Source: Flectonema sp. DT1601 (lineage: Eukaryota). Taken from it: a DNA stretch of 64,000 nt. The stretch is taken from positions 558,001 to 622,000 of the forward strand of contig OZ025806.1 in NCBI GenBank assembly GCA_964019425.1, read 5' to 3'. Within the stretch, counting starts at the first letter, position 1; every line of letters starts with the position of its first letter. A program made the translations under genes and the position numbers. The notes beneath the pieces were generated by a model. It had not been told where the DNA came from. It was given only the letters and a program-made list of their open reading frames with translations, and searched no databases. Positions 23,076 through 33,474 of the stretch are shown piece by piece.

Positions 23076-25202
23076 TATTATTTAAAAAAAAGAAACAATC
23101 AGTTTAGCGTCTCGATCAGGACGGAAAATAGAAATTAATCGACATAGTCGATCGATAGAAAAAAAACAATGATAGCATTGTTTATTTTTTTTTTTTTTTT
23201 TTAAATCCTTTTAACCCTTACACCACCGGAGCTGATATATCAGTCTGAAAAAAAAAATTTTTTTTGCTAAGTGAAAATTTTGCATTTCTGAGTACAACGA
23301 TTTCACGGGAGAGGTATTATTGCGATGTCTTTTATGTTCCTTACGTGTTGCGCCGCAATAGTTTTTATTAAATGGTAAATTTTCCATTTGCTAAAGCTGG
23401 CCAAAATCAACTTGGGAAATATGTCGGTCCACAGTTCTGATGAGGATGCAACAGTATTTGTTAATCCATCGTCGGTGTGCTCCGATTCGTCACTTGACGA
23501 AGTATCTGACTCCAAATGGGGAGGGGAGGTAACAAGGGTTACCAAGAATAAAAACGCGTTTCCAAGAAACGTTAAAGATTGGAGTTGCACGCAAGTCGGA
23601 GCTGCAGGTTTTTGAGTTTTTCTTCGGATAGTCAGTTTTCCAGCTGATGAAGAAAAACTCTGAGGTCTATGCCTCACAGAGGGGAAGAAAATTTAAAACC
23701 AGTACGCAGGAGCGAAGGGCCTTTGTTGGCACAACACTACTGACGCGCGCCTCCCAATAAAATCTAACCTGGGGGATTCCTGGGGTTTGAATGACATGCT
23801 GTTGACCCCCCTGTTGTTCTTTCCGCAAGTGTTTTCACGTAATCGCTTTGCCGAAATACTGAGGAACTTACACTTCTCTGCGATATTACCTGCTCCCGAG
23901 CATGAGGATCCGAAGTGGAGACGTGTATTTTGAATTCCTTTATCCTGATGCGACGTGGGCATGGTGGAATTTGGACGGATAGTAGTGAATCTGGCTGGAG
24001 AAGCAAGAGATTCTTATCCTTCAAATTGGCTTTGTTTTGGGCAGCTTAGGTACATTTAAACGTACCAGAGCGGCACCAACACTATTAATAACACCATCAG
24101 TACCGCCTTCTCCACAATCAGTATCAATCCCTGATCGCCTCAAGCCAGCTTTTGGACACTACCCCGGAAAGATGGAAAAGGCTCGTCGGTGTGCAGTTCG
24201 CGCAAAGCGCGCACAATCACTAGATTACTGTGAGCGATGCAACCAAGCGCTTTGTGCTTACCCATATTTCAAAAGGTATCACATTCTCCAAAACTACAAA
24301 ATTCCTTGTGATGTTCCTAAACCGCCAACTTCCCAAAAATCCAGTATGCCAGGCTGGTGGGGTAAAGAGGTGGAAGTTTATAGATCCGGCCCAACACGGT
24401 CTGATCTAAGTAGCTGCACTGTTACTAATGAAGTTCCATGATCTGGGATCGATGTTATTTGTATTTTTCGAGCTTATCAACCCCGATGCGGTAATCCTCC
24501 TGTGTGTCTGAACCTGCTGTGCCATGATGCGGGTTGTTTGTGTATTTTCCGCGACCACAGAGGGCTTTTACAAGCTCAAAAAACAGGGAAAAAATCTGAT
24601 TTTTCGATTTAATATCGGCCGTGATTTGGCATTCTCTTTACTTGGGCTCCCTCTGACATGATGTTGCGCAGAAACATCATCCCTTTCAAAATACGGGAAG
24701 GGAATAACATGCAGCTGCTATGAATGGAAACCGTTGAGTACGTTATTGCGACACTGCCGACTTTGTTAGTTCTGCTGAATGTGCAACAACGCACCAAGGT
24801 ACGCACCGTTAGGTGTGTGGGTGACAGGTGTTATTGACCCGTAGGAGTAGTTGTGTCCGGCTTGGTACATAGGTTTTCTGGGGGGGTACCTTTTCTCTTT
24901 TTGAAAAAACAGTAAAATTTTGGACCCGTTGTTTTGGGGGTTCTTACGGTGGTGTAAGGGTTAATTATTTTAAAGAAAAAAATCAGTTTAGCGTCCCGAC
25001 CAGGACGGGAAATAGAAAATAATCGACATAGTCGATCGATAAAAAAAAAAACAATGATAACATTGTTTATTCCTTTTTTTTTTTTTTTTTATTATTCTTT
25101 TTATTTATTTTTAAAGAAAAAACAATCAGTTTAGCGTCTTGACCAGGACGGAAAATAGAAAGTGATCGACATAGTCGATCGATAAAAAAAACAATGATAA
25201 CA
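22654..25202 (-). mobile_element. Family A element (fixed end plus hairpin array), interrupted by piggyBac
   Basis: Head GAATTCGATAGAGTGGGAAGTAACGGACTGGGAGC.. at 22654. Array monomers lie on both sides of the TTAA insertion. Confidence 0.85.
23215..24960 (+). mobile_element. Decayed piggyBac-like transposon
   Basis: TTAA|CCCTTACACCACCG...CGGTGGTGTAAGGG|TTAA. Remnants include an acidic N-terminus (SSDEDA..DSSLDEVSD) and a Cys-rich C-terminal domain (HYP..RRCAV..YCERCNQALC..YH). Confidence 0.88.
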
Positions 25203-25492
25203 TTCTTCAGGTGTGAGTAGTTTTTTTGTTCTTGCTCTTCAGGGAGGGCCTTAGCCAAAAGCTAACAGTCCAAATCTCACCTGGTAACTTAACTCATTCT
25301 TTGTCAGTTTTGGCATCAAACCTGTAATGGTTACATTAACTACCATTTCAACAGGTTATTTACTTAATTATTTGTTCTAAAAGTTGCTAAGTATCTCATA
25401 TCCCCACAATAATATTATACCTTTTCATTTTCTCTTTCCTTTTCTGGTCTTTTTTTTTCTTTTTTTTCCTTTTTCATACAACGTTTTTTATT

Positions 25493-25524
<32 letters not shown>

Positions 25525-26006
25525 TTTTTCATGTTTGATTATTTCCTCTTCATTTTTTTTTTTCTTTTCTTTTCTTTCTTTTTATTTTTTTTTTTTTCTC
25601 TGCCTCTCTCTTAATTCTGTTCGTTTCTTTGAAACGAAAATTCATTTGAATATTATTCCTTGGTCAGCAACCATCATTGTCGCCCTTTGGGCCTGTTAAA
25701 AAAAATAAAAATAAAAAGAAAGTTTACATTGGGAATAGGGCAGGAGCCAAAAGCTCCCAGTCCGTTACTTCCCACTTTATCGAAACTCTCGCTTAGAAAT
25801 TTTTTATTTTTTTTATTTTCAGCTCAATTAGCTACAAAGCGTTACGGACGCTAAACTGATTGTTTTTTCTTTAAAAATAAAGGGAAAACCTACAGATCCA
25901 CCCCCAGGTTTGGAGAAACGTATACTACGGTCACGGCCTTGTGTAGCTTTTTTGACATTTTTTCCCAAATCGACAGCCCTCTATTCTGGGCGAGAAAATT
26001 TTTCAA

Positions 26007-26078
26007 TCCGTGATAGCGCAGTGGTGTTGGTGCCGGACTGAAGCCCTGAAGGTAGGAGGTTCGATTCCCTCGGGGGGA
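26007..26078 (+). pseudogene. tRNA-like Pol III module inside MULE end
   Basis: A box TAGCGCAGTGG, B box GGTTCGATTCC, 72 nt long, followed by a poly-T run. Anticodon stem is poorly paired. Confidence 0.7.
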
Positions 26079-26324
26079 TTTTTTTTTTTTCCGAAATTTT
26101 TTTTTCTGGGCATCTGTTCATCCCTGTTACTCATTAAATACTACCAACGTGGTGCAGCGTAGCAACGCAATGCCCTCGAGGTTTGTTATTAGCCACAAAT
26201 CATCGTTAGGGTTAAGCGTAATTAAGGTAAAGAGTATGCTGGGGACAGGTGAGTGATGACTGCAACCGACAACATGCAAGTCAGTGATCCAATTTTTTCG
26301 TTCAGCTTTTGGGGCCTGCAAACC

Positions 26325-26446
26325 CAGCCAAGCGTTCATAGCGACGTTGCTTTTGATCCTTCAATGTCGGCTCTTCCTAACCTAGACAAGCAGAATTGTC
26401 ACCCACTAACAGGACCGTCGTGAGACAGGTTTTACCCTTACTGATG
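26325..26446 (+). pseudogene. Fragment of LSU (28S) rRNA domain V, with internal deletions
   Basis: GCCAAGCGTTCATAGCGACGTTGCTTTTGATCCTTC..GTCGGCTCTTCCT, ACCCACTAACAGG, ACCGTCGTGAGACAGG and TTTTACCC are universally conserved LSU segments. Confidence 0.9.
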
Positions 26447-27167
26447 GTAAGTCAATTTTTTTCTTATAAAATATTTACGTCAATCGCAGAGTATACCTAC
26501 ACTAACATTACCTTTAGTCACTGTATCTCAGAACTAATGTTAAATTATCGTTATGTTATTTATGATACAACACATTTGTATTTTACGTACAAACTTGAAC
26601 AGGTAACCCCCTTAAGTCGACAGCAATACGGGGTAGTCCCGTTTCTAGTCCCTGGTATCTACGGTTCTCCGATCGGAGCCGTGATGCTACGCAACACATC
26701 TGCAGTGACTGTGCTTGACTATGTTAGCCTTTGAAGTAAGTCAGTCAATTATGGAGACTGGATCACTTAGTCACCAGTGGTGGTTACTTTTTGATCGTGT
26801 TAGGGTTGCGTCCAAAACGATGGATTACTCTCTTATGTTAAAGTTTAACTTAACTTAAGGAAGAATTGCGCGATGACAGAAGGCTTCCAAGAGAGGTCCT
26901 AAGTCGAGTGGAAGTTTACACTATTGACCTTGAAGAACGACCCGCATGTGAATTTGATGCAGGGTCTTTGTAAGGTTCTGGTGTGAGACTGACTCTGTGC
27001 AGACTTTCAAACGATGTTGCCAGGTTATGAGTCAGCAACCTGCACTAAGCAATGTCTCAGAGTACGACGAGTGTCCGAACGTGATAGAACGAATTAGCAG
27101 TACGGATACGTCACGCACGACGTCAGCGGCGGCGTTCCCGACCGAACGGCCAGTGCAGACACTGGGG

Positions 27168-27202
<35 letters not shown>

Positions 27203-27204
<2 letters not shown>

Positions 27205-27273
27205 CCCGACAGGGGTTCGAACCGCAGCCTAGCGAATGCAAGTCTGCAATCATACCACTCGACAATTTGCGTC
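27203..27273 (-). pseudogene. tRNA-like Pol III module inside the other MULE end (GCA at the anticodon position)
   Basis: Minus strand reads GACGCAAATTGTCGAGTGGT..TTGCATT..GGTTCGAACCC..GGGTC, then poly-T. Confidence 0.65.
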
Positions 27274-27836
27274 GTCTTCGATTTTGCGGATTTAAACACA
27301 TATCCAGGGGTCAAAAAAGTTACACAAGGCCGTGACCGTAGTGTACGTTTCCCCAAACCTGGGGGTGGATCTGTAGGTTTTCCCAAAAATAAATAAAAAG
27401 AATTAAAAAAAAAAAAAAGGAATAAACAATGTTATCATTGTTTTTTTTTATCGATCGACTATGTCGATTACTTACTATTTTCCGTCCTGGTCAAGACGCT
27501 AAACTGATTGTTTTTTCTTTAAAATAATTAAAAGGATTTAAAAAAAAAAAAAAAAAAAAAAGAATAAACAATGTTATCATTGTTTTTTTTTCTATCGATC
27601 AACTATGTCGATTACTTTCTATTTTCCGTCCTGGTCGAGACGCTAAACTGATTGTTTCCTTTTTTTAAATAATAAATAAGAAAAAAAAAAAAAAAAAAAA
27701 AAAAAAGAGCATCTCCCTGCTATCCCTCATATCCCCACAATAATATTATACCTTTTCATTTTCTCTTTCCTTTTCTGGTCTTTTTTTTTCTTCTTTTTTT
27801 TCCTTTTTCATACAACGTTTTTTATTTATATATATA

Positions 27837-28615
27837 TCAGTCATTCCTTTTTTTTGCGAACAAAAAACACCTTTTTCTCACCGCCTGAGCAAGGTTACAC
27901 GATATGTTACTTTTGCTCGATTTTTTATTTTTTGGAATCGGGGAGGGTGCGATCTGTAAAATTAGGCATAGGGATATACTTTTAAACATGGTAAGTGCTG
28001 CTAAAAAGAGATAAACGTCTCTTTGCAAAATTTCCTTGGTACTACTCAATGATAAATATTAATCCCAGACCTGGAATGGAAAGATCGAGAAAATCTGAGT
28101 AAAAAACACCCCTAATTTTTTTTTTTTTACTATTTTTTCCCCCTTCTCCCGCACTCAAGAGATATGCACCTTTTTACTAACAAATCAACCCTAGTAGCAA
28201 TTATGTAAGGAAAATGTTGCATCTGTGGTGGTGATAATGATCATTAAGTATCAAAGTAGGTCCAAAAAGACAGGTAGTAACAATCTGCCTCACCGGCACA
28301 TGCTTAGTACTCTTTAATATATTTTTGCTCGATTATTTTTTCTCTGGATCCCGCTGGGCCAGCAGTGTAAAATTAGACCCTTCGATTAATTTTTAGTTTT
28401 GGTACTTGTCCACGGCTGAGCTGATTTAGTAAACCGCAAAATCTCTTTTCTCAATTCGGGAGACAAGTATGTGATGCCAACCTCCCGATTTCGGACGGAA
28501 ATGAACCCAACGATGCAGCGCATTAAAATGCCGCTTCGATCGAAATTTTTACAATTTTTTTTTGAAATTTTTTTTCAGTGTCCAGAATTTGTTCGCAAAA
28601 AAAAGGAATGACTGA
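27837..28615. mobile_element. ~780-bp non-autonomous TIR element in the (TA)n tract of a family A head
   Basis: TIR TCAGTCATTCCTTTTTTTTGCGAACAAA at both ends, flanked by TA. Confidence 0.85.
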
Positions 28616-29980
28616 TATTTTTTTTTTTTTTTTTTTTTCATGTTTGATTATTTCCTCTTCATTTTTTTTTTTTTTTTTTTCCTTTTCTTTCTTTTTTTTT
28701 TTTTTTTTTCTCTGCCTCTCTCTTAATTCTGTTCGTTTCTTTGAAACGAAAATTCATTTGAATATTATTCCTTGGTCAGCAACCATCATTGTCGCCCTTT
28801 GGGCCTGTTAAAAAAAAATAAAAAATAAAAAGAAAGTTTACATCGGGAATAGGGCAGGAGCCAAAAGCTCCCAGTCCGTTACTTCCCACTTTATCGAAAT
28901 TCACTAAGTGTTTCTCACTTAGATTTTTTTTTTTGCTTTTCAGCTCCTTAAAAGCTGCTAAGTATTTCTGCTAAGTGTTTCTCACTTAGAATTTTATTTT
29001 TATGTTCGTTTTCTATCCCTTCTCCAATCCCTTTTGTTCAAAAAAAGCGGGAGGAAATTCTCTCATTCACGCTAAGATGCACTCTGAACTTTGATTTTTT
29101 GATCTGAGTGTGAGGGAATGACCTGTTAGTGCATTGGGCATAGGCTGGGCTGCAGTTTAGATGTCTTAGGTGTTAATAGGGGGTTCCTCTTAGCATTTTT
29201 CTTTGTTCCCACCTTATGATTTTCTTGAAGAAAAAAAATAGAAGTCATAATGGTGCTTCCCTCTGGAAGGGTTGTAAGCCATGGTGTCCAACTAAATTAA
29301 AGGACAAGTCTGGGATAATCCCTGCCAGAGGGCGAGTATTCTACCATGGTTGAAATACTCTGGCAACTGATCTTCAATTTTATGTTGTTTGTTAGCTGCT
29401 GGTGTATCCTGATCATGTGTTGATACTTGCATTTTTTTATTTGTAATCTTCTATTACAATTCTCTTTCTGTTCTGGTCTGTTACTTCATTTGTCTTGTTT
29501 AACTTCAGTTATATCCATTTTACTTTTTATTGTTTCCCATCTACTTTTTATTTTCTATTAGTTCTGGTCAGAAACTCCTGGGCAGCAAGAAGGAAAGCAG
29601 TTTAGTACTTCTGGGTGTTTGGCATCACCCCCCATAGTGAGCAAGTACAACAGGTAGCATTGGTAGTCTGTTGATCCTGAGTGATCCCAGCTACAGTTTT
29701 GTTTTTCTTTCTTTTTTTTTAGAAGAAGATCAGGACATCCAAGCACTGCTGGATAGTTGCTGAATGCAGGGCCTGCCTGTGGCATTATAATAACAGGCTA
29801 AGTCATTTGTAGTTCATAGTTTACCTTTGATTTTATAACTTCACACAGGGTACTATGAACGATGAGAGATCCAGTGGGATCACTCAGGGTCTAGTAGAGA
29901 CCACCAATGTTGTGCGTTGATAGGCAAGGTGACCAACCTTGACATTCTTTCTTTTCTCTCCTGTTGTGACAAACACAAAA

Positions 29981-31380
29981 GAATTTAAAATAAAATAAAA
30001 AAAAAAAGAATAAACAATGTTATCATTGTTTTTTTATCGATCGACTATGTCGATCACTTTCTATTTTCCGTCCTGGTCAAGACGCTAAACTGATTGTTTT
30101 TTTTTTCAAAATTAATAAAAAAGAATATAAAAAAATACAAAAAAAGGAATAAACAATGTTATCATTGTTTTTTTTTATCGTTCCACTTTGTCGACTAATT
30201 TCTATTTTCCGTTTTTTTTTTTCTTTAAAAAATAAATAAAAAGAATTTAAAATAAAAAAAAAGAATAAACAATGTTATCATTGTTTTTTTTTATCGATCG
30301 ACTATGTCGATTACTTTCTATTTTCCGTCCTGGTCAAGACGCTAAACTGATTGTTTTTTTTCAAAATTAATAAAAAAGAATATAAAAAAAATAAAAAAAA
30401 AAGAATAAACAATGTTATCATTTTTTTTTTTATCGTTCGACTTTGTTGACTAATTTCTATTTTCCATTTTTTTTTTCTTTTTAAAAATAAATAAAAAGAA
30501 TTAAAAAAAAAAAAAAAAAAAGAATAAACAATGTTATCATTGTTTTTTTTTATCGATCGACTATGTCGATTACTTTCTATTTTCCGTCCTGGTCAAGACG
30601 CTAAACTGATTGTTTTTCTTTAAAAATAAATAAAAAGAATAAAAAAAAAAAAAAAAAGGAATAAACAATGTTATCATTGTTTTTTTTATCGATCGACTAT
30701 GTCGATTACTTTCTATTTTCCGTCCTGGTCAAGACGCTAAACTGATTGTTTTTTCTTTAAAATAATAAAAGGATTTAAAAAAAAAAAAAAAAAAAAAAGA
30801 ATAAACAATGTTATCATTGTTTTTTTTTTCTATCGATCGACTATGTCGATTAATTTCTATTTTCCGTCCTGATCGAGACGCTAAACTGATTGTTTCCTTT
30901 TTTTTAAATAATACTGCAACTGGAAATATTACTGCGCTGAATAATTACTGCGGGGAAATATTACTGCGCGGAAAAATTAGTGCGGTTTTTTTGAGAAAAT
31001 ATTAGTGCGGTTTTTTCCACTTGGTGGTAGAAAAAAATTTGGTTGCTTTTTTGCTGTGTAAGGCACCAGCAGAAAAATGCAGCTGGAGAAAAAATCACTT
31101 CTGAGCAGAAATATTAGTGCGGTGGAAATATTACTGCGTGGAAAAATTAGTGCGGTTTTTTGCAGATTTGGAAATTAGTGCGGTATTTTCCGCGCAGTAA
31201 TATTTCCAGTTGCAGTAAATAAAAAAAAAAAGAAAAAAAAAAAAAAAGAGCATCTCCCTGCTATCCCTCATATCCCCACAATAATATTATACCTTTTCAT
31301 TTTCTCTTTCCTTTTCTGGTCTTTTTTTTTTTTTTCTTCTTTTTTTTTTCCTTTTTCATACAACGTTTTTTATTTATATA
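29981..31380 (+). repeat. Family A array and partial head in inverted orientation
   Basis: Monomers read GAATAAACAATGTTATCATTG..TCGATCGACTATGTCGAT..CCGTCCTGGTCAAGACGCTAAACTG. The head is cut at the TATATA tract by the 31381 copy. Confidence 0.85.
30914..31215. mobile_element. 302-bp MITE with TA duplication (Tc1/mariner-type target)
   Basis: TIR CTGCAACTGGAAATATTACTGCGC. Comparison with the empty site AAATAATAAATAA in other family A copies shows TA duplicated. Internal ATTAGTGCGG/ATTACTGCG repeats. Confidence 0.88.
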
Positions 31381-31595
31381 GAATTTCGATAAAGTGGGAA
31401 GTAACGGACTGGGAGCTTTTGGCTCCTGCCCTATTCCCGATGTAAACTTTCTTTTTATTTTTATTTTTTTTAACAGGCCCAAAGGGCGACAATGATGGTT
31501 GCTGACCAAGGAATAATATTCAAATGAATTTTCGTTTCAAAGAAACGAACAGAATTAAGAGAGAGGCAGAGAAAAAAAAAAAAAAAAAATATATA

Positions 31596-32373
31596 TCAGT
31601 CATTCCTTTTTTTTGCGAACAAATTCTGGACACTGAAAAAAAATTTCAAAAAAAAATTGTAAAAATTTCGATCGAAGCGGCATTTTAATGCGCTGCATCG
31701 TTGGGTTCATTTCCGTCCGAAATCGGGAGGTTGGCATCACATACTTGTCTCCCGAATTGAGAAAAGAGATTTTGCGGTTTACTAAATCAGCTCAGCCGTG
31801 GACAAGTACCAAAACTAAAAATTAATCGAAGGGTCTAATTTTACACTGCTGGCCCAGCGGGATCCAGAGAAAAAATAATCGAGCAAAAATATATTAAAGA
31901 GTACTAAGCATGTGCCGGTGAGGCAGATTGTTACTACCTGTCTTTTTGGACCTACTTTGATACTTAATGATCATTATCACCACCACAGATGCAACATTTT
32001 CCTTACATAATTGCTACTAGGGTTGATTTGTTAGTAAAAAGGTGCATATCTCTTGAGTGCGGGAGAAGGGGGAAAAAATAGTAAAAAAAAAAAATTAGGG
32101 GTGTTTTTTACTCAGATTTTCTCGATCTTTCCATTCCAGGTCTGGGATTAATATTTATCATTGAGTAGTACCAAGGAAATTTTGCAAAGAGACGTTTATC
32201 TCTTTTTAGCAGCACTTACCATGTTTAAAAGTATATCCCTATGCCTAATTTTACAGATCGCACCCTCCCCGATTCCAAAAAATAAAAAATCGAGCAAAAG
32301 TAACATATCGTGTAACCTTGCTCAGGCGGTGAGAAAAAGGTGTTTTTTGTTCGCAAAAAAAAGGAATGACTGA
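31596..32373. mobile_element. Second, inverted copy of the 27837-28615 TIR element
   Basis: Near-identical reverse complement, at the same position within the family A head. Confidence 0.88.
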
Positions 32374-32639
32374 TATATACAAATAAAAAACGTTTTATGA
32401 AAAAGGAAAAAAAAGAAAAAAAAAAGACCAGAAAAGGAAAGAGAAAATGAAAAGGTATAATATTATTGTGGGGATATGAGGGATAGCAGGGAGATGCTCT
32501 TTTTTTTTTTTTTTTTTTTTTCTTATTTATTATTTAAAAAAAGGAAACAATCAGTTTAGCGTCTCGATCAGGACGGAAAATAGAAATTAATCGACATAGT
32601 TGATCGATAGAAAAAAAAACAATGATAACATTGTTTATT

Positions 32640-32672
<33 letters not shown>

Positions 32673-33474
32673 TTTTTAATTATTTTAAAGAAAAAACAAT
32701 CAGTTTAGCGTCTTGACCAGGACGGAAAATAGTAAGTAATCGACATAGTCGATCGATAAAAAAAAAACAATGATAACATTGTTTATTCCTTTTTTTTTTT
32801 TTTTTATTCTTTTTATTTATTTTTAAAGAAAAAACAATCAGTTTAGCGTCCTGACCAGGACGGAAAATAGAAAGTAATCGACATAGTCGATCGATAAAAA
32901 AAACAATGATAACATTGTTTATTCTTTTTTTTTTTTTTTTTTTAATTCTTTTTATTTATTTTTAAAAAGAAAAAAAATGGAAAATAGAAATTAGTCAACA
33001 AAGTCGAACGATAAAAAAAAACAATGATAACATTGTTTATTCTTTTTTTTTTTTTTTTTTTATATTCTTTTTTATTAATTTTGAAAAAAAAAACAATCAG
33101 TTTAGCGTCTTGACCAGGACGGAAAATAGAAAGTAATCGACATAGTCGATCGATAAAAAAAACAATGATAACATTGTTTATTCTTTTTTTTTTTATTTTA
33201 AATTCTTTTTATTTATTTTTTAAAGAAAAAAAAACGGAAAATAGAAATTAGTCGACAAAGTCGAACGATAAAAAAAAACAATGATAACATTGTTTATTCT
33301 TTTTTTTGTATTTTTTTATATTCTTTTTTATTAATTTTGAAAAAAAAACAATCAGTTTAGCGTCTTGACCAGGACGGAAAATAGAAAGTAATCGACATAG
33401 TCGATCGATAAAAAAAACAATGATAACATTGTTTATTCTTTTTTTTTTTTTTTTTTTTAAATTATTTTTATTTA

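Larger units (their letters stand above)
25882..27384. mobile_element. Non-autonomous Mutator (Pack-MULE-like), same TIR family as 50302-52818
   Basis: TIR GGGAAAACCTACAGATCCACCCCCAGGTTTGG..CACGGCCTTGTGTA. 9-bp TSD AAAAATAAA at 25873-25881 and 27385-27393. No transposase inside. Confidence 0.92.
25203..29980 (+). repeat. Family C copy split by nested insertions (C pieces ~25203-25398, ~25789-25838, ~28903-29980; family A at ~25398-25788 and ~25845-28902)
   Basis: The pieces are collinear with the reverse complement of 53115-54550. Confidence 0.8.

Noticed and set aside
26325..26446. Functional rRNA gene or natural rRNA fragment module
   Set aside because: Only ~120 nt, with deletions of universally conserved residues, inside a MULE.
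26007..27273. Functional tRNA-Phe and tRNA-Cys genes (also 50413 and 52632)
   Set aside because: Acceptor, D and anticodon stems are mispaired, the anticodon differs between homologous copies, and they lie inside transposons.
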